The notes under the pieces were generated by a model. The model did no database searches and was not told the origin of the DNA. It saw only the letters and a list, made by a program, of their open reading frames with translations. The position numbers were made by a program, and so were the translations under genes. This document shows positions 13,941 through 26,800 of a DNA stretch of 64,000 nt, one piece after another. How positions within the stretch are numbered: position 1 is the first letter of the stretch; every line of letters starts with the position of its first letter. The stretch is taken from the NCBI GenBank assembly GCA_965112735.1, contig OZ218951.1, forward strand, positions 3,968,001-4,032,000. Reading direction: 5' to 3'. The stretch is from Phaeosaccion multiseriatum. Its lineage: Eukaryota > Protista > Ochrophyta, other classes.

Positions 13941-14303
13941 CTCTTCCCCCCTCGTTAGGCCTGCCCTGAGGGCCGGGCATGTTGACAAAGGGCTCTCCCT
14001 CGACCCAGCCTCTGCCCTGTTGCATTGGCCTGTTGCTGACCTGTTGCTGACCTGGTGCTGACCTGTTGCTGACCTGTTGTGGTCTGTTGCATGGCTGACA
14101 GGCAGGCGACACACCCCGTCCGTTGCGGCGTTGCGAGAGAAGCTTTCGCCCTTACGCTCGTTGCCCCTCCTTCGCCCTCCACAGCACAGCGCCAGTGCCT
14201 CTGCCTGGACAGGACGAATTGTACGATGGGTGGGGAGGGGGAGGAGGGAGGGGCAGGGCGGATGTCGCCGCCGCTACTCCTGCTGCTCCTGTCATCCTCA
14301 TCC

Positions 14304-15858
14304 TCATCCTTCTCCTCCTGGTGTCACCAATTGCTCTTGCTGCTCCTGCTGCTGTTGCTGTTGCCTATACTTGCGAATGAAGCGGAGCACCTGTGGGCCT
14401 GAAATGACCGCTTCCAGCCCGCGCGGCCCCTCCGCCCCCTCCTCTGTGCCCTCCTCTGTGCGCTCCCCCCTCCCCTCCTTCTCCTCCCCTCCCTCAGCTG
14501 CTTGCCGCGCACCTCCCTCTGTTGCTTGTTGTCCTGCTCTTTGTGACGGTGGCCACACCAGCCCGCGGGCCTCGATGAAGGGTTGGTGCCAAAAGCGAGA
14601 CAGAGACCTGGACCAGGTATATAGGTAGGCAGGCAAGCAGGCAGGCATACGGGTAGGCAGGGAGATAGACAGGTATGTATAAGACGGGCCGGGGGGCAGA
14701 CAGACAGACAGGCAGGTAGACACACGTCGATCCCCTCACCCCTCCTTCTCTCTCTCTCCCCTCAACCACCGCCTACCCCCTCCCTCCCTCCCTCCCTCGC
14801 TCCCTCCCTCCGTCTCTCCCTCCCTCCCTCCCTCCCTCCCTCTCTCCCTCTCTCCCTCTCTCCCTCGCTCCCTCTCTCCGTCCCTCCTTCCCTCCCTCCC
14901 TCTCTCCCTCCCTCCCCTGCCTCCGTACCTCCCTCCCTCACCTCTGTCCGCTGTCGCACAGCACAGTAACCACGGAATGCCCGGGTCCCATCCTCCTTGC
15001 CGCCTCCACCGCCCCCACGAGGTTCATGGCCGAGCTGCACCCCACAAAGAGTCCCTCCTCTTGCAGCAGGAAGTGCGCCATGTGCACTGCTGCTTGATCG
15101 CTCACAGTCAGGGCACAGTCAATCAGGCAGCCCCTGCTGCTGTGGCTACTACTGCTGCCCGACAAGCTCTGCTTGACACTCTGATTGAAGCTCTGATCGA
15201 AGCTCTGGTTGAAGTTGTGCGTAATCCTGTCCAGCCCGATGCCCTCTGCGATGGTGTCGTAGCGGTGTCTACGCACCTTACGCTCGGCCTGCTCGTCAGT
15301 GTAGCACACGCCGTAGTTGACCTGCTCCCTCCGGCACAGCAAAGAGGGAAGGAAAGGTACAGAGGGAAGGGGGGAGAGGGAAGAGGATGGCAGCCGAGGA
15401 AAGGGAGGGCGGAAGGAAGAGGGTAGAGAGAGGGAGGGGGTGCGGGGACGGTGCGATGATGCGAAGGGCGGATGGCAGAGGGCAGGACACATGGCAGCAG
15501 ATGGCAGCCCATGGCAGCACATGGCAGCAGATGGCAGCAGAGGGCAGAGGGCGTGATCTGCCCCCCTGTATCCCCCCCCAAGCGCTGCTGCTGCACCCCC
15601 TGCAACTACGACAACAACAACACGTACTGTACCTTATTGGCCAGGCCGGAGCCCGGGGGGTCGACCAAGTACACTTGGGTCTGTGGTTTCCGCTCCTTGA
15701 GGAAGCGAGAGACGCCTGAGATGGTGCCTCCGGTGCCCGCCCCCATGACAAAGGCGTCAAGCCTTCCCTCGCTCTGCTGCCACACCTCGGGCCCCGTATT
15801 CTCGTAGTGGGCCTGTATGCAGTAAGTGTGTTTGTGCGTCATGTGTGCGTGTGGGTAC

Positions 15859-15891
<33 letters not shown>

Positions 15892-17322
15892 CGAAGCGAG
15901 AGGAAGAGCATCAGATCAAAACAAGGGTTCATCGAATGTAGCCGGGCGGCTATGCGTGCAGTGCGTCTGTCTGCCCCACCCAGCGAGCTGAGTGGGCGGC
16001 CCAAAAGGGTCGTCGATAGTGTTTGACTAGAGCGACCCTGCGCAGCTTGCTTTGTTGCTCTCCTCTGACACCTTGTGCCCTCTGTCCCTCTGAAGACTCT
16101 GAATCTCCGCTCTTCCGAGTCTCTTTCGATCACTCCTCCCCTCTAATAAACTGAACCTGAAAACTGACCTGGACGTTGGCTTCGTTCTCGAACTGGTCCA
16201 TAAACACAGCTCCAGGCGTCTCCCTTGCAAGGGTGGCGGCGACATTGACATAATGCCCCGGATTGGAGATAGATGCCGTTCGCACCTAAAGCAGAGCAAA
16301 CACGCCCGACAAGACACGACACGACGAATAGGTCGGGTCACTCAAACCAAAGGCCCGGCCCTACTGAGCCTGCGTCTGGCCTTTGGAAGAGGTAGAAGGC
16401 GGGGGGCGAGGAGGCTGGAGAATACGGTCTATTCGATCGAGGAGGGAGGGATCGAGGCGGCTGTCTCTACCTTTCCATTTATCTATTCATGGATGCTTTG
16501 CATGGCTCTTTACTTACTTTGACGACTTGGGCTCCAAACATCTCCAGCAGGGTCACCTTCTCGTCGGCCTGGTCGTCAGGCATGGTGATGACACATCTAC
16601 ATGAGTAGAATCGGCCGCGAGGCGAAGAATGACGCAACAAACAAAGGCAAATGAGGGAGGCAAGGAAAAGCTTCTTTTGCAGCTGCTGAGGAGACACAGG
16701 GCCTCATGCCTTCACCTCCTGGCACCCCTCTTCTCTCCCCTCTCTCTCTGTGACCCACCTGTAGCCCCTCGCTCTGCACAAGGCCGCGAGAGCTATGCCT
16801 GTACTACCTGACGTGCCCTCTACTACGGTCCCTCCGGGCTTGAGCTTCCCGCTTCTCTCCGCGGCGCGCATCATACCCAAAGCAATACGGTCCTTGCCGG
16901 TGCCTCCAGGGTTCAGAAACTCCACCTGAGCAGGATAGGACAAAGGGAAATCAATAGGCGAGCAGTATACGCAATGTTAGTAGAGCGTGCGTCTGTGCGA
17001 GCACGAACACCAGTTGTTGGAGTGCGATCAAAGTCGCATTGAAGTCTCTCACCTTGACCAGAATGTCGCACCCGGTGGCCTCCGATAAGCTCTTCAACCG
17101 AATCATTGGGGTGTTTCCTACCAGCCCTATGTAGCCAGACTGGATCCTGAGAGGCTGAAATTCTGCTTCTTTTGTTTCTTGTTCCTTCTCCTCCTCCCCT
17201 CCTCCTGCTGCTCTCTTCTCCTGTCGTCCACAGGACACGTAGGCCGCCAGTAAGGCCGCAAACGCCGCCCCCGCCAAAGCGGACGCTGTACAGCAGGTAC
17301 AGAGGCGGATGTCGAGACCCAT
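14304..17322 (-). CDS. Cysteine synthase-like PLP enzyme (O-acetylserine thiol-lyase family), 7 exons
   Basis: [25 protein letters not shown]|[13 protein letters not shown] (PLP Lys), [64 protein letters not shown]|SLSRFW. Approximate exons: 17322-17053, 16925-16759, 16596-16518, 16285-16169, 15812-15633, 15322-14942, 14607-14304. Hydrophobic N-terminal segment. Confidence 0.92.
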
Positions 17323-17876
17323 ACGGCCCTATGGGAAGGAAGGGCTCCCCTAAGAGAATGAGAGGGGCCTCTCCCGGATTCGACCCTCTAATGGCGGGGG
17401 GATCTGTGAGTCTCGTTGACTTAGGAGGGCGTCACACCATCCCGTGGGTAAAACGAACCGGAGAGAACATCTCACGGCAAAGAGCAGAAAGAGGCCCGTA
17501 ACGAGAGAAGTAAATAGGTGAGGAGTGGTGATGAGCGGATGCAATGACTGCTACCCCTGTCTCCGTCGTGAATCGAATGGCAAAGGCGTCGCTGACCTGC
17601 CCCCCTCCCCAAAAAATACCTGCCCATCTTTCCCCACTTGCCTTTCGGCTCTCGCCCGGCACTGCTTGCTAAGGCACCTCTAATCTGTGGTCTGTGTGGC
17701 TCTATAGACTCGGTAGGCACTGCTGCTGCTCCTGTCAGCCTTGTTGTTGCGTTTGCCCAAGCCTTGTGGATTGCGCCCAAACCTTTGTTCCTTTGTTCAT
17801 CGGCCCCCCTGCCCCCCCCCAACGTCCATCTCTCGCCCCGTGCTGTCCTACGGCCTCCGCGCCCCCTCAGATTAGG

Positions 17877-20731
17877 ATGGGGGACGACAACGGAGGCGGG
17901 TCATGCCAGACCAAGAACAGGACGGAGGACGACGACGAGGAGGAGCCCCCTCCCCCAGTATTGGACGAGGAGGATATTGCTTTGCTCAAGACGTACGGCC
18001 TGGGCCCTTACACAACCAGGATAAAGACTGTGGAGAAGGAGATTGAGAACGCAAAGGATAAGGTACGTCGAGTTGGAGCCGACTCGGAGTCACGAGACAA
18101 TGTGGACAAACCACTTGCTCTGTGCCCCTGCGGGCTGTCACTCAGCGGCGGGCGACTGTGGTGGTGGGAAAGTGTGGTTGCGCTTTCAGCGAAAGGAAGG
18201 AACGCGCATATCTGTGGGCCGGTGTTAGAGGCCCTTTGTCGAGAGCGAAGCGGAACTGGAGTGACCACTCTTCGCTCCAGAAGCTATGGTGTCGAGAAAG
18301 CCTCGAGCCTGCACGGGAGGAGCGATGAAGAGGGGTTTGGTGCCATTTGCATTGCCTGGGAGCAGAGCAGGGGTGAAGAGACGACGAACGAAGTCGATGG
18401 CCGGGCGTTTGCAAAGCCCCTGGCACAGAAGGTCGACAGACCATACTCCGAAGGAGATTAGACCGAACCCAACGGCCCGCGTACCGGCGCGTGGCGGAAG
18501 GGGGGGGGGCAGAGTATACATACCTTCGGAGCTCCTCCTCCTCCTCCTCCTCCTCCTCCCCCTCCTCCTCCTCCTCCCCTCCTCCTCCTCCTCCTCCTCC
18601 CCCTCCTCCTCCTCCCCCTCCTCCTCCTCCTCCCCCTCCCCCCCCTCCTCCTCCTCCTCCTCCTCCTCCTCCTCCTCCTCCTCCTCCTCCTCCTCCTCCT
18701 TCTGCTACCGCTGCCGCCTCGCTTCTTGACTAACCGGTAACTCTCCTCTTTCTCTCTTTCTCTCTGCCTCTCTGCCTTGCCCTTCCCTCCTCACTGATGG
18801 GCACTGAGCAGGTGAAGGAGATCATAGGCATCAAGGAGAGCGACACAGGTCTGTCTCAGCCCAGCCAGTGGGACCTCGTGTCAGACAAGCAGATGATGCA
18901 GGAGGAGCAGCCGCTGCAGGTGAGGGAGAAGGACGGGGTAGAGGAAGAGGAGGAGGAGGAGGAGGAGGAGGAGGAGGAGGAGGAGGAGCCGCTGCAGATG
19001 AGGGCAAGAGAGGCCCCCCCTGTCTCGGTGCTTGCTCTAGGCTCTAGGCTCTAGGCTCTAGGCTCTAGGCTCTACGAGGTGCTTTCCCTCTTGCTGCTGA
19101 TGGGAGGGCATAGTGAGGGAAATTGGGGCCTCATGTGCTGCGTCCACACTTGGGGGGGGGGGGGTGTCTGGACAAGGGCAGACAGACACACCAAAATAGA
19201 GTCAGCAGAGGGAGAGAGACAGACACAGAGAGAGAGAAAGGCAGCAGAGACAGACAGAAAGAGAGATACAACAGAGAGAGAGTGACAAACGGACGGACGA
19301 ACAGCAGACACAGAGAGAGAGATAGAGGCATAGAGCCTTCCTTAACCGTAACGCTTGTAACGCTTGAATCGAACTCTTGATTAACCCTGAACACTTGACC
19401 TGAACCCTGCCCACCTACCCCCCCTCAAGCCTTAACGGTAACGCTTGAATCGAACTCTTGATTAACCCTGAACACTTGAGCTGAACCCTGCCCACCCACC
19501 CCCCCTCACTCAGGTGGCACGCTGCACGAAGATCATTAACGCGGCGCAGGAGGACGCAAAGTACGTCATCAACGTGCGCCAGATCGCCAAGTTCGTGGTG
19601 GCCCTCGGGGAGAAGGTGTGTGCTTGACACAAGTGTGCTTGACACAAGTGTGCTTGACACAAGTGTGCTTGACACAAGTGTGCTTGACACAAGTGTGCTT
19701 GACACAAGTGTGCTTGACACAAGTGTGCTTGACACTGTGAGACTGGACCGGTGTGGAGAGGGAGAGCTCCGTCTCCCTCTGGAGGGTGCGCGTGTGTTAC
19801 CATCACCATCACCATCACCACCACCACCACCACCACCACCACACACTCACCCACTCACTTACTCACAATCATCATCACAATCGCTCACAGATGTCGCCCA
19901 CGGATGTGGAGGAGGGCATGCGTGTGGGCGTGGACCGAACCAAGTACAGCATCCAGATCCCCATGCCGCCCCGCATCGACCCCACTGTCTCTCTCATGAC
20001 GGTGGAGGACAAGCCGGACGTGACATACGACAATGTAGGAGGTGCCAAGGACGCGTTGGAGAAGCTCAGGGAGGTGGTGGAGTTGCCCCTGCTGCATCCA
20101 GAGGTAAGGAAGGAAGGAGGGGAAGAGTAAGGTGGTCATTGTAAGATGGTCATTGTAAGATGGCTACTGCTCTGCTCTGCTCTCTCTCCCTCTCTTTCAC
20201 CCCCCTAAATCTTCTATTTTTCTTCTCTTTTTGTCCTTTTCCTTTTCCTTTTCCCTTTCCTGCTCCTTTGCCATCCTTCCCTCCCCCCTCCCCCCTCCCT
20301 CAGCGATTCGTAACGTTGGGAATCGACCCCCCCAAGGGAGTGCTCCTGTTCGGCCCCCCCGGAACGGGCAAGACGCTGTCGGCAAGGGCCGTGGCCAACC
20401 GCACAGACGCGTGCTTCATTCGAGTCATCGGCTCCGAGCTCGTGCAGAAATACGTCGGAGAGGGTAAGTTGCAGTTGCGTTGTTTGTTATTATGTACATG
20501 TATATATACTTGCTCTCTCTCTCTCCCTCTCTCATCTCTCCCCCCCTCTCGCCGTGTGTATGGACGCCCTCTCTCTCTCCCTCTCTCGCCGTGTGTATGG
20601 ACGCCCCCCCTCTCTCTCTTTGTGTGTGTGTGTGTGCGTGTGTGTACCCTTGTCTGTCAGGTGGACGTATGGTGCGAGAGCTCTTCACCATGGCACGCTC
20701 CAAGAAGGCTTGCATCGTCTTCTTCGACGAG

Positions 20732-20763
<32 letters not shown>

Positions 20764-21734
20764 GTCAGTCAGTCCGTCAGTTAGTCAGTCAGTCAGTCAG
20801 TCCGTCAGTTAGTCAGTCCGTCAGTCAGTCAGTCCGTCAGTTAGTCATTCAGTCAGTCAGTCCGTCGGTTAGTCAGTCAGTCCGTACCCTGACACAGTAC
20901 CCTGCGTCAGTGCCCAACGGGAGGGTCCAAGGGAGGGAGGGACGAAAACACATGGTGTCAGGACAGAGAGTGGTGGGGCAGAGGCTTGAAGATGGGGGGG
21001 GGGGGTCACGACAGGGGGGGGAGAGGCAACGAGGAGTGCAAGGTGTCAGGACAGGAAATACCCTTTCCTTCCCTTCCCTGCCCTCTCACGATTTCCATCC
21101 ATCCATCAGGGCACGCCGCGTGTCACACGAAGGCTCTCTCTCTCCCTCTCAGGGAAAGAGTGTGTACCTTGATCCTCCTCCCTGCCCCCCTGCATGCCTG
21201 ACGGGGGTGCCTTTCTCTCACTGTAGTCGTCACACGCAAACCCCTCCTTTCAGCGCCTTTTGTCTCGATCATTCCAGCCGCTCACCCGTCCTCCGTCACT
21301 ACTGCCCGCCCCCTCTAATCTCCTCAACCCCTCCCTCCGCCCCTCCCTTCCCCCCCCTCCCGTCAGATCGATGCCATCGGAGGCTCACGCACATCCGAGG
21401 GCGGCGACAATGAGGTGCAGAGGACAATGCTTCAGATCGTCACGGAGCTCGACGGATTCGACCCCCGGGGGAACATCAAGGTACGTTGGCCAGACCCAGG
21501 GGTAGACACAGGGAGGTAGAGGCCCAACGGGGCAGGCCATAGGCCGAGGGGGCGAAAGCCGAGGGGGCGAAATAGCACAAGGCTTGCTCTTCAAGGAGCG
21601 CCGCCTCTAGTGGTGGAGCGAATGCCAGTGTGTGTGTGTCTGTGTGTGTGTGTGTGTGTGTCCTTGCGTGTGTGTGTGTGTGTCTCTGTGTGTGTGTGTG
21701 TCTTTGTGTGTGTGTGTCTCTGTGTGTGTGTGTG

Positions 21735-21765
<31 letters not shown>

Positions 21766-22131
21766 TTGTGTCTCTCTCTGTGTGTGTCTCTCTCTCTCTC
21801 TCTGTGTGTCTCTCTGTGTGTGTGTGTCTCTCTCTCTCTGTGTGTGTGTCTCTCTCTCTGTGTGTGTCTCTCTGTGTGTGTGTGTCTCTCTCTCTCTCTG
21901 TGTGTGTCCCGTGTCCTCGCCCCATGGTTCTCTCCTCTCTTTTTTTTCTTTGTGATCTCTCCTTACCCCCCTTGGCCTCTGCTTGAACTTGCTTTGCTTG
22001 ACCTTTTGGTTCCTCTTCTTGACCTTTTGACCCCCCGCCCCCCACCCCCTCTCCCTTCCGTGGTGTGATGTGCTCTCCGTGCTCCCCTTTTCTGTGTCTC
22101 TCGCTCTCTTGTCTCTCTCCTCTCTGCCCTT

Positions 22132-22165
<34 letters not shown>

Positions 22166-23293
22166 CCTACCTCTCTCTCTCTCTCTCTCTTGCCCTTTCT
22201 CTCTCTCTCTATCTCTCTCTACCTGTGCTTTCTACAGGTTCTCATGGCCACAAACAGGCCCGACACACTTGACCCTGCCCTGCTCCGACCGGGCCGCCTG
22301 GACAGGAAGGTGGAGTTCGGCCTCCCTGACCTCGACGGAAGGGCACATATCCTCAAGATTCACAGCAAGTCCATGAACGTAGACAGGTGTGTGGTAGGGA
22401 AGGACGGAGGGAGGGAGGGAGAGGGAGAAAAAACGGACACTCAAGCAGAGGCGGCTATTGACTTAACTTCCATTTTGTGAGGGGCCGCTCGGCTCTCTCT
22501 CTCTCCCTCTCCCTCTCCCTCTTCCTCTCCCTCACCCTCTCCCTCTCTCTCACCCTCACCCTCTCCCTCACCCTCTCTCCCTCACCCTCTCCTTCTCCCA
22601 GCCCTCTCCTCACTCCTCTTTACTCCATCCGTCTCCGCTTACATCTCTTGCTCACCCCCCCCCCCCTCCCACTCCTGCCCCCCCTCCCCCTCCCCCTCCC
22701 ACAGGGACATTCGTTACGAGCTCATCGCGCGGCTCTGTCCGAACACGACGGGTGCCGAGCTGCGCAGCGTGTGCACGGAAGCGGGCATGTACGCCATCCG
22801 AGCGAGGAAGAAGAGCATCAGTGAGAAGGACTTTTTGGAGAGTGTCACTAAGGTCATCAAGGGCTATCAGAAATTCTCCTCCACACCCAAGTACCTGGTG
22901 AGTTGGTGGTACACAAGGAGAGGGAGGAAGGTGGGGGGGGAGGGAGGGAGGGGAGGGAGAAAGGGGGGAAGGGGGAGAGGAGGGAGGGAGGGAGGGAGGG
23001 GAGGGGAGGAAGGTAGAGGGGGGGGGAGAGGGAGGGAGAGGGAGGGAGGGGAGAGAGGGGAAGGGGGGAGGGGGGGAGAGATGTTGTGGGCTGCCCGTCT
23101 TCCTCAAGGCAAAGGAGGGACTTTGAGGAGGGAGCATGTGAAGAAGCTTGCCGAACCCTTCCTCCTCCTGTTGCTGCTACTGTTGCATCACCAACTGCTG
23201 CTGCTATCCTGACCTCCTCTTCCTCTCCCTCCCTCCCTCCCTCCATCCCTCCCTCTCTTGTCGGCATTCTGTTCTTGTCAGGTATACAACTAA
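17877..23293 (+). CDS. RPT1: 26S proteasome AAA-ATPase subunit RPT1 (regulatory subunit 7), 10 exons
   Basis: [73 protein letters not shown]|[41 protein letters not shown]-terminus FSSTPKYL|VYN*. The start codon is uncertain. Confidence 0.95.
19616..19736. repeat. 15-bp intronic minisatellite (GTGTGCTTGACACAA)n, about 8 copies, starting at a 5' splice site
   Basis: Visible tandem unit immediately after the RPT1 exon 3 donor. Confidence 0.9.
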
Positions 23294-23870
23294 AGTGCTC
23301 AGCGTGCGTATCATATCTATCACATCGTACTGCTGTAGTGCTGTCGTTGCAGTGCTGTTGTTGCAGTGCCGTTGTGGCAGTGCCCCTCTACGCACGGCTC
23401 CACCTCCCCTCTCCCCCTCTCCTGGACATGAGCGGAGGGGAGGCCGCTGCAGTGAGTACCATCGAAGCTTGCTGCTATGCAAGGAAGGCGTGTAGAGAAG
23501 ACAGGGGGGGCAAGGAAGGTGGTAAAGAAGACAGGAGAGGCTCACCTCAAGCCACATGTATTTGCACACAGCACACCCAGTGCCTTCCTTCACTTGGGAT
23601 GCTTTGGACACTTGAGGGGCTCCACGGGCTTGCTTTGGGGCAGATGATGATGCAGAAGTAGTTAGCGAAGCCCATGCCAGGACGCGCTGGAGGTCTTCGC
23701 TTGTGCATCATACCACATATAATGACAGCAGACCTGACGACTTACATCATTCATGCCTCGTGCCATACAAGTTGTAGCTAATGTAATCGATCAATCCATG
23801 AGCTGAAACTAAAACTTTTAAAATTGGAGAGGGGCCGCCTCGCCCAGCCCCACCAAAAAGAGAAACGAGG

Positions 23871-26800
23871 ATGATCGCCTCCTCGCTGAGGACTCAGGCA
23901 AGGTCAAGGATTCGGAGGAGGGCCAGATCAACTGTAGAAGGAGGAGGAGGCAAGGGAGGCGGGCTCTCTCGTTGGCAAGAGGATGTGCCTCCAAGATTTG
24001 GGGCGTGCTTTTCCTCTTTCTCTCCATTCTCCTCCGGTGCTGCCACTGTAGATGCCGACCGATGTTCCTCATCTCCGTCCACTAGACCAGGGCCGGTACC
24101 TACACCATCAGTGCGGGGCTTGGTGGGACGGCGATCCTATTCGGGTGCAAGGAGAGGCGGGGGTGACGAAGAAGGTATAGTCTCCCGCCATCTACGGCCA
24201 CTACCCCCTCAGCAGCAGCAGACGCGGCAGGTCTTTTCTTGGTTCCTTAAGAAGAATCCGGAGTTGGAGGCAGCGAATGAAAGGAGGGCGGAGCTCGTGC
24301 CGTCGGACGAAGAGAGAGAGGCAGAGAGGAATAAGCGGCTGAAGAGAATCCAGTCCCTGAGTGAGCAGATGGAGTACGTGGAGGACCAGGTAGACGACCA
24401 GCATGAGGACTGTGTGGAGGTGAGCGTAGTGAGTAAGAGTGACAAAGGGTACAAGGCCTTCAACGCCGCCTTGAAGCTGGTGAGTGAGTGAGGGAGGCAG
24501 GGAGGGAATGATGAGGGAGGGAGGGAAGGAGGGAGGGAGGTAAGGAGAGATTGAGTGAGTGAGTAAGTGAAGGAAGGATGGAGGAAAATTGAGTATGAGT
24601 AAGTGAGGGAGGGAGGGAGGGAGGGAGGGAGTGCAGAATCGGCTTGATACCGCTGCAACCTGCACTGTGTCAATGAATGAATGGATGTTGCTTTTGTTCA
24701 TATCACTCTCCTGTGGGTTCACCTGCATCCCCCCCACCCCCCCCCACACACGCACATTCACGAGCAGTTCCTCAAGTCCAGTCCGGGTGCCCTGAGCGGT
24801 TTCCGAGACTGCGTTTCTCTGGACCCCTCCTGCTGCATGGCGCACTGCATGATCGGCATGATGCAGCTGCTCACTGTGGCGGTGCCCAGAAATGACAGAG
24901 AGCTTGTGCAGGTGGGCTTAAGAGGAAGCGGTTGGGATCAAGGAAGGAGAGGAGGGGGAGGAGGAGGAGAGGGGAGGAGGAGGAAGAGGAGGAGGAGGAG
25001 CAGGAGGAGGAGGAGGGTGGAGGAGGAGGACCGGGGGGGGGAGGAGGAGGAGTGGGGGAGGAGGAGGACGAGGAGGAGGAGGAAGAGGAGGGGGGGGGGC
25101 AAGGGAGAAGAGGAGAGGTGGAGGGGGAGTGGGGAATTGGCAGGGACGGCCACGGTGTTCCATCCTTTGTCAAGCAGACGGAGCGGCGTAGGCGGATACT
25201 TCAGATGCAAACGCAGACTCGACTATGCGTGTGTGTCCCCTCACCCTTCCTCCCTTTCCCTCCTCCCTCCGATCACCCCCCCCCCCCTCATCCCTGCGGC
25301 ACCTGACAGCTTGCACCTTCCTGTCCAATTGCTTTGCTTTGCCTCCCCTCCACCCCCGCCAGAGCCTGTCAGCTGCGTCCTCCTTCTGCAAAGAGTACAG
25401 GGACGCCTTCGGACGCATTGCCCCTCCGAGAGAGAGAGCCTTCACCGCTGCGCTGCAAGTGAGTGCGTTCGTGCCCCCGCCCCACCCCACCCCACCCCAC
25501 CCCACCGCACTCCGCCCCATCACACATCAATTTATCAAACCGCTTCCATCCTCGTACCGCCGCTCCTTATCACGCACTTGCCCTTACTCGCTCTACTCCA
25601 CCCTCCCCTGCCTCCCCTCCCCTCCCCTCCCCTCCCCTCCCCTCCCCTCCCCTCCCCTCCCCTCCCCTCCCCTCCCCTCCCCTCCCCTCCCCTCCCCTCC
25701 CCTCCCCTCCCCTCCCCTCCCCTCCCCTCCCCTCCCCTCCCCTCCCCTCCCCTCCCCTCCCCTCCCCTCCCCTCCCCTCCCCTCCCCTCCCCTCCCCTCC
25801 CCTCCCCTCCCCTCCCCTCCCCTCCCCTCCCCTCCCCTCCCCTCCCCTCCCCTCCCTTCCCCTCCCCTCCCCTCCCCTCCCCTCCCCTCCCCTCCCCTCC
25901 CCCTCGCAGCACTGGATGGAGGGGCATTGGCTGCTCGGCGTCCAGTCCCTCGAACGCTACCTTCTACACGCCCCCACCGACGTGCTTGCCGTGCGTCTTG
26001 TCCACGAGGCCTTACTCCTCCTTGGCATGACGAGGCCCGCGAGGGATGTCGTGGCCAGGAGTATGCAACGATTCACAACGGGTGCGTGCGTGCGTGCGTG
26101 CGTGGGTGGGTGCGTGCGTGGGTGTTGGATGAGTGCGTGCGAGTGTGGGTGCGTGGGTGTTCTCCCCCCCTAAGCTCTTGCTCCCTCCCTCTCTCCCTCT
26201 CTCCCTCTCTCTCTCTCTCCCTCTCTCCCTCTCCCTCCCTCCCCTTTAGCGGAGTGGGCGTGGCCGTTGATGGAGAGCATGGGGGCTATGGGTCTCGCTC
26301 ACCTCAATGAGTTCGTAGCGGCGGAGACAGGAGCCTCTAAGGCCATGTACAACGCTAAAGACCCTTGGGCCATGTATGCACAGGCAGTAGCTTACGAGAA
26401 GCAGGTGGGTGTTGATGTGGGTGCGGGTGTGGGTGTGGGTGCGGGTGTGGGTGTGGGTGTGGGTGTGGGTGCGGGTGTGGGTGTGGGTGTGGGTGTGAGT
26501 GAGTGAGTGGGTGGATGGATGGGTGGATGGGTGGATGGGTGGGTGGATGGGTGGATGGGTGGATGGGTGGATGGGTGGATGGATGGGTGGGTGGGTGGGT
26601 GGATGGGTGGGTGGATGGGTGGATGGATGGGTGGGTGGGTGGATGGGCGGGTGAGGTCCTGCGTGCGTGGGTCCCTTCGATTCTCGTATCTTGCTCTGCT
26701 GCGCTGACCCCGTCCGTCCCCCTCCCCCTTCTCTGCTCCTATGGATCTTCTCTTCTCTTCTTCCAAAACACCTCCTCCTCCTCCTCCTCCTCCTCCTCCT

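Noticed and set aside
24681-26310. Extensin-like (SPPLP)n ORFs
   Set aside because: Read-through of an intronic (CCCCT)n tract in the TTC38-like gene.
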